Sequence record: MT446420.1
DNA from: Escherichia virus TH54
Direction: 5' to 3' (one strand)
Length of the DNA: 64,000 bases
A model generated the notes under the pieces. It did no database searches. It had not been told where the DNA came from and worked only from the letters and a program-made list of their open reading frames with translations. Both the position numbers and the translations under genes were made by a program. Below, piece by piece: positions 1-7,938 of this stretch (position 1 is its first letter; the number at the start of each line of letters is the position of its first letter).

Positions 1-29
1 TCACCAGCAGCTTTGATTAATTCTAACAT
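1..29 (-). CDS. hypothetical early protein, N-terminal fragment (gene continues left of window)
   Basis: ATG at 29 on minus strand, preceded by GGAG and the conserved early-promoter leader; only about 9 codons visible. Confidence 0.3.
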
Positions 30-32
30 TTT

Positions 33-100
33 ATTCTCCGTTTGTTTATTTGGTAACTCAGTATGGAATCATTATGCATCATGACCATCTGGTTGTACAC
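33..100 (-). promoter_or_regulatory. early promoter cassette (-35 GTGTAC, -10 CATAAT) with conserved 5' leader
   Basis: minus-strand GTGTAC-N18-CATAAT, then leader GATTCCATACTGAGTTACCAAATAAACA..GGAG..ATG shared with cassettes at 19.5k, 20.0k, 20.9k and 57.5k. Confidence 0.55.
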
Positions 101-146
101 ATATACTAAATAAAAATACTTAATAAAACCATAAAGGAGAAAGTTT

Positions 147-893
147 ATGATTTTATCCGGAAGAACTGTTGATGAACTCAATGAAAAAGTCCAGGCTGCC
201 TTGGCTAATAATTGGTATTTGTTTGGTTCGACTATGGTGTTGCCGAATACCCCTACGGATAGCAAAGAGCGTTTTTTCCAAACTATGTCCAGCTCGGAAA
301 CTCAGATACCGGGTCCACCTGGTCCCAAAGGAGAACCGGGTGTACCAGGACCAAAAGGAGACCCAGGTGGGGATGGAAAATCTTCTTATCAGATATGGCT
401 TGACTTGGGAAATACAGGAACTGTTGATGATTTTTTAACTGATACAGCAGGAAAGAGGGAAAAATCCGAGGTGTTTTGGAGTGGTATAAACGTTCTATTA
501 ACCAATGGTGTGACTTCAAACATAATTAGTGTTTTAAAGGGGATTCCACCGACTGCAGGGACTCTATCTCCGTTTTTTAGAACCACTGATGATAAGTTGT
601 GGCCATATAACCAAGACAGAAGCCTAATGTTTAAACTCAACCTTATTGGTAATTTTGCAGGAGCCTCGCAAGCTCGAAGTATAACATTAAATTTCGTTGG
701 AACCAACGGAAACACTTATATACAGAATCGTCCGGAAAATGCTACAGATATTTTGTCTTTTACAACGTTCTTTAGCATTGATAAAGATGGGGCAATGGCA
801 ACCAATGGTACAGCTATAACTGTTATGCCAAATGGCGGCAACTTTACAATAACCTCTGCATTGTTAGTAGCCGAACAAACAGTGACTTCATAA
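147..893 (+). CDS. collagen-like repeat protein with tail-fibre-like motif, opposite strand to neighbours
   Basis: 248-aa ORF, AGGAG 7 nt before ATG; eight G-X-Y triplets (GPPGPKGEPGVPGPKGDPGGDG) followed by KSSYQIWLDLGNTGTVDDFL; GC hairpin just past stop. Confidence 0.5.
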   Translation: MILSGRTVDELNEKVQAALANNWYLFGSTMVLPNTPTDSKERFFQTMSSSETQIPGPPGPKGEPGVPGPKGDPGGDGKSSYQIWLDLGNTGTVDDFLTDTAGKREKSEVFWSGINVLLTNGVTSNIISVLKGIPPTAGTLSPFFRTTDDKLWPYNQDRSLMFKLNLIGNFAGASQARSITLNFVGTNGNTYIQNRPENATDILSFTTFFSIDKDGAMATNGTAITVMPNGGNFTITSALLVAEQTVTS

Positions 894-895
894 AC

Positions 896-920
896 AAAAA
901 AGGGCCGTATGGCCCTTAGA
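896..920. terminator. intrinsic terminator hairpin GGGCCgtatGGCCC, A-run upstream and T's downstream
   Basis: perfect 5-bp GC stem with 4-nt loop; reads as hairpin plus U-tract on the minus strand. Confidence 0.5.
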
Positions 921-1111
921 TTGCACTCCAAAAATTATGGAATCTTATAGTATTGATAGCCCAGTTAACAAACCTGCGAGTTTGCTTGGGAGTTGGTTTG
1001 CATATGTACTTGATATTGACCCGACGACCAGTTTCACGACAGACTGCTTCGAGATACCAGCGGCGACCTTTATGAGGTCTTCCATACGATAAGAAGACCT
1101 TGATTTCCTGG

Positions 1112-2122
1112 TTATCGATAATAGGAATTGTGGTTGTCAAGATATACCTCCTCAACAAACTTGTCCCAGAACTTCATGTCCACCTTCGCAGGCATACCAT
1201 TCTTAGCAGCCCAGATGGCATTAGTTTCGACTTCATCAACGATAGCTTCAAGTTCAGCCTGTACATCTTTAAAAGCATGTAACCCTTGTTTGATTTCAAG
1301 GATAAACGGTGCTGTTCGTAAAGGATATTGAAGGTCACCGGTCATATAAATTTCCTTCAGCTGATATCCAGCTCGATAAGCATGACTCAATGCTTTCCAG
1401 TCAATACCTTCATTCGCTTCGGCCTTACGAGCACGTTCACCATATTCGGCATCAAGTTTATTCAGAGATTGCTTGAGCTCGATTAAAGACAGAGTAGTTT
1501 GGTATTTACGACCGAGGACAGTATAGAACGTTTGAGGACCTGTTTTCTCATGGTTATGAAATACCCATTCACAGAACTCGTTTTCAGGGAGCCGGTGCTT
1601 AATATCTTCTACCTTAGTACGTCGTTGCTTAGTAGAACCATCTTCTTGATAATCGACCCATTGTTCAGGAATCTGGTTAACGATTTCCAATACACCACGC
1701 AGTGCAGCCAATCGAGAACCTTTAACACCATATTTGGAAGCTTGCTTGCGGACATACCCCAAATAGGCTTTCATGTTGGTTGTATAGAACCGCGAACGGT
1801 TATCCTGAATAAACTTCCATACATCTGGTAAATCGGATTTGACAACCAGGTCAGCCGGCGTGTGAATCATGTCCAGAGCAACGGTTTCGCCTTCGGCCGC
1901 CAGTTTAAAGAAATATTTCAGACTATAAAGTTCATGGTCAACATCATCTTTTGTATTTTTGGTAGCCGTGTTATTCGTGTTCAGGTTGGTATGGTTCATC
2001 GCCGTCCCAAGTAGAATATCACGAGGATGTGGAACAAAGATTTCTTTAAAATCGACATCAGATTCTGGGGTACTTGTTCCATAAAGGTGGCTACCGAAGT
2101 AGCCTTTCATAATAGTTTTCAT
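1112..2122 (-). CDS. nucleotidyltransferase-fold protein (Pol-beta superfamily motif GS-x10-SDVDF)
   Basis: 336 aa from MKTIMKGYFGSHLYGTSTPESDVDF; GAGGA SD; 4-nt overlap with upstream gene. Confidence 0.6.
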   Translation of the reverse strand: MKTIMKGYFGSHLYGTSTPESDVDFKEIFVPHPRDILLGTAMNHTNLNTNNTATKNTKDDVDHELYSLKYFFKLAAEGETVALDMIHTPADLVVKSDLPDVWKFIQDNRSRFYTTNMKAYLGYVRKQASKYGVKGSRLAALRGVLEIVNQIPEQWVDYQEDGSTKQRRTKVEDIKHRLPENEFCEWVFHNHEKTGPQTFYTVLGRKYQTTLSLIELKQSLNKLDAEYGERARKAEANEGIDWKALSHAYRAGYQLKEIYMTGDLQYPLRTAPFILEIKQGLHAFKDVQAELEAIVDEVETNAIWAAKNGMPAKVDMKFWDKFVEEVYLDNHNSYYR

Positions 2123-2571
2123 TCTTTGTCCTCGAAGTGGATTACTGGGCACATCTTAAATTTACGAGCTTTAATATATTGAATGAAAACATTTTCTTTA
2201 ATTTCCTTTCCTTCACGTTTAGCTTTAATGCGTTCCCATTCTTTTTCTTCTTTACGTAAATCGTACCAGGCCCATAAATTCATTATACAATATACAATAC
2301 CGACGGCTACCGCTAGAATAAGAGCCAGTGTAACCAGTCCTAAAATAAAACCTAAACTTAAGCCAACAGGAGTACTCAATACAAAGAACTGCTCCAATAT
2401 ACCAGCACCTGCAACAGTTAAGCCGAAAATAGTACTACCTGCAAGCACAGAACACATAAAGCACACCCAAACCATTTTCCAGAAGTATGCGCATAATGAG
2501 CGTGGACGTGAATAACTGGCATAAAAACGGTCGTGTAATTTAACGTGCCAAGAGTTTGAATTGATAATCAT
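2119..2571 (-). CDS. predicted membrane protein, about 3 TM helices
   Basis: 150-aa ORF with long hydrophobic stretches (VWVCFMCSVLAGSTIFGLTVAGAGIL; LGFILGLVTLALILAVAVGIVY); AAGGAAA SD. Confidence 0.5.
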   Translation of the reverse strand: MIINSNSWHVKLHDRFYASYSRPRSLCAYFWKMVWVCFMCSVLAGSTIFGLTVAGAGILEQFFVLSTPVGLSLGFILGLVTLALILAVAVGIVYCIMNLWAWYDLRKEEKEWERIKAKREGKEIKENVFIQYIKARKFKMCPVIHFEDKE

Positions 2572-2581
2572 AATATTTTCC

Positions 2582-3142
2582 TTAAGAGTTCATAGTTGGG
2601 ATAACAGAGTTCAGATAAGAGACTAAAACTTTTAGCTCGTCTTTAGTAAATACCACTTCACTTTCGCCGTCATGTCTTTGGACAATGGACAACAAGTCAC
2701 GGCCGTTATGTTGATGCACAGTCAGTTCAGTATTATAATCTAATTCCTCTTCATCGCCTTCAAACGTTTCGCTAGAGCGAATCAGTGCGTCTTGTCCTGG
2801 GACTTTCCATTCAACTTCTGGTTTACATTCTTCCTGGAACAGTTTGAAAATACAATCAAAGAATTTATCAGAATCGCTGATGCTCAGACATTCAATACCA
2901 TTTTCTAAATTAAACCCGTTTTCGTTTTTATAGATATAGGCATACATATCATCATTGATATCAACAGGAGCACTAGCACGACCATTAAGATAATCGTGTC
3001 TATCCAAAACCATTAAATCATAAAGCGGTTTAATATCAGCGATAGTCAGTACGATTTTATCGTCTTCTTGACAAAGCTCAATTGCGTTATTAACTACTTC
3101 AGCGGTCAGTTCGCCAAACAATTCAGTTGTTTCAATAATCAT
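2582..3142 (-). CDS. hypothetical acidic protein
   Basis: 186-aa ORF in a tightly packed minus-strand gene run. Confidence 0.45.
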   Translation of the reverse strand: MIIETTELFGELTAEVVNNAIELCQEDDKIVLTIADIKPLYDLMVLDRHDYLNGRASAPVDINDDMYAYIYKNENGFNLENGIECLSISDSDKFFDCIFKLFQEECKPEVEWKVPGQDALIRSSETFEGDEEELDYNTELTVHQHNGRDLLSIVQRHDGESEVVFTKDELKVLVSYLNSVIPTMNS

Positions 3143-3152
3143 TTTCTGTTCC

Positions 3153-3368
3153 TCAACGGTTATGTTTTAAAATACTATAAAGTGCTTCTACTTGGCTTGC
3201 ATCCAGGTAAATAACATCATCATCTTGCTCAATGGAAATCCCACCAGTATTACCTTTAACAAAATTACATTCGCACACTTCAACCGGGCGGTATACGTCA
3301 CCAACTGGATGCTCAGGCTCCAGAACAATCACACCATTTTCAGAATTACCACTTGGGTCATATAACAT
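3153..3368 (-). CDS. hypothetical small protein
   Basis: ORF with internal ATG at 3368 preceded by GAGGAA; track start is TTG. Confidence 0.35.
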   Translation of the reverse strand: MLYDPSGNSENGVIVLEPEHPVGDVYRPVEVCECNFVKGNTGGISIEQDDDVIYLDASQVEALYSILKHNR

Positions 3369-3459
3369 TACAGTTTCCTCGCTAACCATGAAAAGAATAA
3401 ACCAATTAAAACAGGCCCTATAGCCATTGTTAACCAAGCCCAAGGTTCAAGATAGTAAA

Positions 3460-3717
3460 TCATCTCATGCTCCTGTGCCAACAATTTCTTGGTTCACGTT
3501 TAAAAATTTCATCATGCATTGATTGACAACCAACACAATATATCACACCCCTAATCGCTTGTCTCCGCGCTTCAGGAATTTTTTCATCGCAGTCAAAACA
3601 GAATTCAGCAGACTCCCTTTCAACTGCAACCTGTGCTCTCGCATGGGTGATAGCGGCTTGTACAACCGCTTCCATCTCTAACTGTTCAGCACCATCTTTT
3701 GCAAATCCAACAGCCAT
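3460..3717 (-). CDS. DksA/TraR-type C4 zinc-finger protein
   Basis: 85 aa with CFDC-x17-CVGC spacing typical of the TraR/DksA zinc ribbon. Confidence 0.5.
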   Translation of the reverse strand: MAVGFAKDGAEQLEMEAVVQAAITHARAQVAVERESAEFCFDCDEKIPEARRQAIRGVIYCVGCQSMHDEIFKREPRNCWHRSMR

Positions 3718-3899
3718 TATTCTTTCAACCCATTCAGATAAGCAATTAATTCTTCTTTAGAACTATTCAAATCACGCTTGCACTGTTCTATTCCAGAATA
3801 TGAATAACCTTCACATAATTCAACAGCCAGGTCATTGGATGCGTTTTCAATGTGCCAAGCAAGTTTGATAATTTTTTCAATCTGTTCAGTAGTTAACAT
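3717..3899 (-). CDS. small helical protein, member of tandem MITLEQA/MLTTEQ paralog triplet
   Basis: 60 aa, MLTTEQIEKIIKL N-terminus; similar to two upstream neighbours. Confidence 0.45.
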   Translation of the reverse strand: MLTTEQIEKIIKLAWHIENASNDLAVELCEGYSYSGIEQCKRDLNSSKEELIAYLNGLKE

Positions 3900-4093
3900 T
3901 ATGCAGTCCTGTAATCAATAATTTCGTCAAGGAACATATCCAATGCTTCCAGAGCATTGTCAACCTTTGCTTCTAATTCTTCACCACCACCAAGCGATGG
4001 GGACCAATACGCAAAGTCATTTAGTGTTTCATCTGCTTCGCGAATCGCTTTTACCAATGCTTTAATTCTATCAGCTTGTTCTAAAGTAATCAT
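3899..4093 (-). CDS. small helical protein, tandem paralog
   Basis: 64 aa, MITLEQADRIKAL; start region DNA nearly identical to the 4278 copy. Confidence 0.45.
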   Translation of the reverse strand: MITLEQADRIKALVKAIREADETLNDFAYWSPSLGGGEELEAKVDNALEALDMFLDEIIDYRTA

Positions 4094-4278
4094 TATTCCA
4101 CCAATGATTCAATGAAGGTATCAAGAGCTGCTTTAGCTTCATCCATTTGTTCTTCACACCGATTTCTGGTGTAATAATCAGATAAATCAGATTCAGATAC
4201 TACAGTAAAGAATCGGACTTCTTTCTTGTAGTTGGCGATAAGTTCTTTAAGTTTTTGAGCTTGTTCTAAAGTAATCAT
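4093..4278 (-). CDS. small helical protein, tandem paralog
   Basis: 61 aa from internal Met MITLEQAQKLKEL; about 30-bp identical DNA repeat at its start. Confidence 0.45.
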   Translation of the reverse strand: MITLEQAQKLKELIANYKKEVRFFTVVSESDLSDYYTRNRCEEQMDEAKAALDTFIESLVE

Positions 4279-4481
4279 TATTCCACCACATATGATAATG
4301 AGAAAATTGCTGATGAAAGATGAGTAGCATCTTCTTCGCACAGTTCAAATGGAGCTTTCTGTAAGAGTTCAACAACTTCTTCATCAGTGGCACTGTCCAT
4401 AAAGATTGCATAATCATTAAGATAGATAACAACCTCATCACCAGTATTAACTGCATCAATCTTGATATTTTTAATTCTCAT
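4278..4481 (-). CDS. hypothetical small acidic protein
   Basis: 67-aa ORF directly downstream of an early promoter cassette. Confidence 0.45.
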   Translation of the reverse strand: MRIKNIKIDAVNTGDEVVIYLNDYAIFMDSATDEEVVELLQKAPFELCEEDATHLSSAIFSLSYVVE

Positions 4482-4483
4482 TG

Positions 4484-4540
4484 TATTCTCCTCAGTAGTT
4501 GATGGGATAATAGTACACCCTTTTTATGAGGATGTAAACC
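4484..4540 (-). promoter_or_regulatory. early promoter (-35 GTTTAC, -10 TACTAT) with GGGATA inverted repeat
   Basis: minus-strand GTTTAC-N18-TACTATTAT immediately upstream of GGAG and ATG at 4481. Confidence 0.5.
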
Positions 4541-4547
4541 CCTAAAT

Positions 4548-4582
4548 GAAAAAAGGTCCACCCGAAGGCAGACCTTTTGAAT
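4548..4582. terminator. bidirectional intrinsic terminator hairpin
   Basis: AAAAAA-GGTCCacccgaaggcaGACC-TTTT; sits after the stop of ORF 4582-4965. Confidence 0.5.
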
Positions 4583-4965
4583 TACTCTAGTGTTAACAGA
4601 TACTTAGTCTGAAAGAAAACTCCAACGATATCGTCCAGAGTCGATTGAATAGCCTTAGGTACAACTTTATAGACTCTTTCCGAGCTTTTAATCATTTCAT
4701 CTAAAAACAAAATTGTATCTTTCGGCAAGTCCGAGGCGGACGGTAATGCAGCTTTGTATTGTTTCCCGCTGTAACCTAACCATTGCTCACTGAACTGGTC
4801 GAGTGGACCTTGGATTTCTGTGAAGTAGAAATCATAAGCTTTATGGCGGGCGTAACTTTTGGTTTCAAGATGGGCGGACTTAAAATAAGCCAAAGAGACT
4901 AACAACCACCCAATATATGAATCCACCTCAGACCCACGACCCGTTACGAAATCATCAAATTTCAT
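4582..4965 (-). CDS. hypothetical protein (rI.-1 position)
   Basis: 127-aa ORF immediately downstream of rI-like gene; followed by terminator. Confidence 0.45.
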   Translation of the reverse strand: MKFDDFVTGRGSEVDSYIGWLLVSLAYFKSAHLETKSYARHKAYDFYFTEIQGPLDQFSEQWLGYSGKQYKAALPSASDLPKDTILFLDEMIKSSERVYKVVPKAIQSTLDDIVGVFFQTKYLLTLE

Positions 4966-5272
4966 CTTCCAATTTTACCTTCATTAATTTAGCGTATTCG
5001 ACTGCAGCAGCACGGCCATCAATTTGACATGTGATTTCATTTACACATTGGCTCTTATTGTTCCATTCAGTTTTAATAAAAGCCCAAAATTGTTCGGACT
5101 GCTCGACGCTGGGTTCTTTGAATTGCGAATAGATTTGCATCGCACTATCTGCATACTGGGTAAATTTACCATCTGTAGCAGAGGACATATTTGGGCCTAA
5201 ACAGCCCATTAGTAATAGACTTAGAGAAAGTCCTCGAATAAGGTCCATAAAGGACTCCTTATTGTTGGTCAT
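4955..5272 (-). CDS. rI: lysis-inhibition regulator rI-like protein
   Basis: N-terminal hydrophobic signal/anchor; C-terminus ...AAAVEYAKLMKVKLEDEI resembles T4 RI ...AEMAQSYARIMNIKLETE; lies next to tk as in T4. Confidence 0.6.
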   Translation of the reverse strand: MTNNKESFMDLIRGLSLSLLLMGCLGPNMSSATDGKFTQYADSAMQIYSQFKEPSVEQSEQFWAFIKTEWNNKSQCVNEITCQIDGRAAAVEYAKLMKVKLEDEI

Positions 5273-5319
5273 GATTACGCTTTGCAGCCTTAACATAGCG
5301 GAATACTAGTTAGTAACTG

Positions 5320-5327
5320 TATTTATA
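5320..5327 (-). promoter_or_regulatory. late promoter TATAAATA on minus strand upstream of rI
   Basis: exact TATAAATA about 50 nt upstream of the rI ATG. Confidence 0.4.
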
Positions 5328-5598
5328 ATCTTTTAAACTTGAAACAATATATTGCAAATAAATCAGAAAAATGGCTATCAACCCATATTCTTTGCACTGG
5401 ACTAGTAACAGTCAGCATATAATGTGCTTTTTGTAAATTTATTCCATTTTTATTCGGACATTCTTTATTAACAGAATGGTACGTGCTTGCTACTATTTCA
5501 ATTTCCCTTTCATATCTCTCGCTATCTGTTTGTGTGGGGATAAATGCAATTCCAGCAATAACAAAAATAGAGATATACGTCCAAATCTTATATATCAT
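5323..5598 (-). CDS. small membrane protein
   Basis: 91 aa with one N-terminal TM helix (ISIFVIAGIAFIPT). Confidence 0.4.
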   Translation of the reverse strand: MIYKIWTYISIFVIAGIAFIPTQTDSERYEREIEIVASTYHSVNKECPNKNGINLQKAHYMLTVTSPVQRIWVDSHFSDLFAIYCFKFKRL

Positions 5599-5605
5599 AA
5601 GGACC

Positions 5606-6178
5606 TCAGCTTGTCAATTCGAGCCAATGTTTCCTGCATAAAGATACGTACGATTCATTCCCACCGACCAATACTTGCTCGCCGTCCTTTACAGCAGCAC
5701 CGTCGATTACTCGAGCGGTCATGGTTGCTTTCCGGCCGCAATGGCAGACGCCCTTTAATTCAACCAGTTTATCCGAAATAGCCAGAAGTCTGGCTGAACC
5801 GGGAAATAACTGACCCCGAAAATCTGTTCTTAGCCCGTAACACATAACGGGGATATTGTAATTATCAACCACTCGTGCTAACTGGTCAATTTGCTCTGGC
5901 AACAAAAATTGAGCTTCATCGACCAGGACACAATGGATGTCCTTTTGAGACTCGGCCCATTTATAGAATTCAAACAGGTTCATGTCGGCCGTTACCAGGT
6001 TTGCTTCCTGGCTAATACCAATACGTGATTTAATTTCAGATTCCGAGTCCCGATTATCAATAACAGGCTTTAGCAAAAGCACACTCATTCCACGCTCTTT
6101 ATAGGAATAAGCGGCAGTCAGCAATGAAGCTGTTTTGCCTGCATTCATTGCTGCGTAATGATAAATTAAACTCGCCAT
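5606..6178 (-). CDS. tk: thymidine kinase
   Basis: 190 aa; P-loop AAMNAGKTASLL, VDEAQF and CHCGRKA zinc motif; near-colinear with T4 Tk. Confidence 0.9.
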   Translation of the reverse strand: MASLIYHYAAMNAGKTASLLTAAYSYKERGMSVLLLKPVIDNRDSESEIKSRIGISQEANLVTADMNLFEFYKWAESQKDIHCVLVDEAQFLLPEQIDQLARVVDNYNIPVMCYGLRTDFRGQLFPGSARLLAISDKLVELKGVCHCGRKATMTARVIDGAAVKDGEQVLVGGNESYVSLCRKHWLELTS

Positions 6179-6187
6179 ATCACCTTC

Positions 6188-6373
6188 TTAAAGCGTATTC
6201 ACATAAGCTATTAATTCGTTTTCTTTCTCATCAAATCGATTAGCAAATTCTTCCAGATGGTCGGCATCTATCGGGCCATATTCATCATAAAAGGCGTTTG
6301 CTTCCGTATGCTCGTCCAAAAGCTCATGGATAAGCTCAAACAATCTACTTTTCTGACTAATACTTAAACTCAT
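6188..6373 (-). CDS. hypothetical small acidic protein
   Basis: 61-aa ORF, overlaps next gene start. Confidence 0.4.
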   Translation of the reverse strand: MSLSISQKSRLFELIHELLDEHTEANAFYDEYGPIDADHLEEFANRFDEKENELIAYVNTL

Positions 6374-6576
6374 TTCAGTTCACCATATCGTACAAATTCA
6401 GGGTGTTCACAATCACCAGAATGGAGACCTTCACCTTCATGGTTAGGACATCCTTTATTAGAACAGTACCACCAGTAATCAAATCCACATTCCATTTCAT
6501 CGTTGCATAAAACTGCGATTACTGGCCATTCGCATTTTTCACATTTGGCCGTTTTAAGAATTCGGGCTTGGCTCAT
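6370..6576 (-). CDS. Cys-rich small protein, probable zinc ribbon
   Basis: 68 aa with CxxC...C...C...CxxC...C pattern. Confidence 0.45.
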   Translation of the reverse strand: MSQARILKTAKCEKCEWPVIAVLCNDEMECGFDYWWYCSNKGCPNHEGEGLHSGDCEHPEFVRYGELK

Positions 6577-7027
6577 AATCCACCACTATTAAATCAATAT
6601 CAGGAGTAAACATGTCGATTAATTTAGAAACCTTATCCCAATCGCCGCCAGCAATACCACAACCAATACGAGGAATATAAATTACCGGTTTAAACAAAAG
6701 GGTTTCTGCCTGTAGATTTAATTCTATCATACAATTTACTAAAGCGCCATAATCAAGATTAGGGCCCGGTTCATATTGGGTGTACAAATTATAACACATA
6801 CCAAACCCAGTAGGCTTATGTTTAAAAACAATAGACATATCACCGAGTTTTTCTCTGGAACCATATTCAGTAGTGGTTTTATCTATTTCTAAAACTTTTG
6901 GATAAGCCTTCGCCAACTGTCCAGCTACGCCAGAACCCATTGTGTGAAAGCAGTTGCAACCATGTGCAATAATATTGCCTTGAAGAAAGAGGGCGACAAT
7001 ATCGCCCTTAATATACTGGGTAATCAT
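6554..7027 (-). CDS. macro-domain protein (ADP-ribose-binding/processing fold)
   Basis: 157 aa; GDIV..GNIIAHGCNCF..MGSGVAGQ and later IGCGIAGGDW resemble macro-domain glycine-rich motifs. Confidence 0.5.
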   Translation of the reverse strand: MITQYIKGDIVALFLQGNIIAHGCNCFHTMGSGVAGQLAKAYPKVLEIDKTTTEYGSREKLGDMSIVFKHKPTGFGMCYNLYTQYEPGPNLDYGALVNCMIELNLQAETLLFKPVIYIPRIGCGIAGGDWDKVSKLIDMFTPDIDLIVVDYEPSPNS

Positions 7028-7383
7028 TTAGAGTTCAATCCTCTATTATATGAATCCACTAACCTGTCAACCATACTGGTGCAGGCCGCCTTATATTTTG
7101 CACTTGAAAGAATGCAATCCATTTCAAATAATTTCTTTTCATATTTGTTGGATAATACATTCTTTTTCAAAAGTGTATGTTCAACATCATTTTGACCATC
7201 TTTATATGCCGCGGTGAGCTTGGCGCTGAACTGGATTACACAATCCACATTGCTTGCTGCGCAATAATCTTTAGCCGTCCTCGTTGCATATTCTATGATG
7301 CTGTTGTTGTCATCGCTCTGTACTGAAGCTATTCCTCCCATGCTGAATACTAACCCTATGGCTAAAGTGATAACTCTTACCAT
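7024..7383 (-). CDS. secreted/periplasmic hypothetical protein
   Basis: 119 aa with N-terminal signal peptide MVRVITLAIGLVFSMGGIASVQS. Confidence 0.45.
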   Translation of the reverse strand: MVRVITLAIGLVFSMGGIASVQSDDNNSIIEYATRTAKDYCAASNVDCVIQFSAKLTAAYKDGQNDVEHTLLKKNVLSNKYEKKLFEMDCILSSAKYKAACTSMVDRLVDSYNRGLNSK

Positions 7384-7385
7384 TT

Positions 7386-7928
7386 TTAATCCACCGTTTT
7401 TAATAGGCCTCGTGATTTTAAGTAGTTAGCTTTTTCTAGGACTTGTGAAGCATACTTATTACCAGCTTTCACATTCCACCCTGCGTTATATGATGATAGT
7501 GTTTTCCTTATATCCCCCTTATGAATATCCAACCAGTATGAAAGCTCAATGTAAGCCCAGCGTGCACTGTTCTCTCTCTTGCTTATCATCTTGATTATTT
7601 CTTTATCTGTCATTGTCCACCCAACCTGTTTCACGCGTTCGCGCACGGTTGGAAGATAATTTTGGAATATACCATATGCATGGTGCTTATCTTTATTTAA
7701 TCCAGTATTAATCCCAGCAGAACTCTCCTGCCAGGTTAAACCAGCCATGATATATCCCAAACCATTATGTTGGTGCGGATTTTCTTTGTACTTACCATTT
7801 TTCTGGAACTGTTCTCCAAACGCATAAGCATATTGAAGGTTTTCCATTTGTTCATTACTGAAAGTAGGCTCTACGCTATGGGCAGACATACTAACTGTCA
7901 ATAGTAAGGTGGCGATTACTTTTTTCAT
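7386..7928 (-). CDS. secreted lysozyme-like / lytic transglycosylase-like protein
   Basis: signal peptide MKKVIATLLLTVSMSAHS; E-S...GIFQ...YNAG pattern reminiscent of SLT domain. Confidence 0.45.
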   Translation of the reverse strand: MKKVIATLLLTVSMSAHSVEPTFSNEQMENLQYAYAFGEQFQKNGKYKENPHQHNGLGYIMAGLTWQESSAGINTGLNKDKHHAYGIFQNYLPTVRERVKQVGWTMTDKEIIKMISKRENSARWAYIELSYWLDIHKGDIRKTLSSYNAGWNVKAGNKYASQVLEKANYLKSRGLLKTVD

Positions 7929-7938
7929 GAATTCCCCA

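Noticed and set aside
147-265. Alternative plus-strand start at 169 (89-aa ORF) and minus ORF 23-265
   Set aside because: Both overlap the 248-aa frame, which has the better SD and a conserved-looking motif; the alternatives have poor start context.
916-1158. 80-aa minus-strand ORF between terminator and nucleotidyltransferase gene
   Set aside because: Apparent TTG start, no SD, overlaps the 3' end of the nucleotidyltransferase gene; more likely a 3' UTR.
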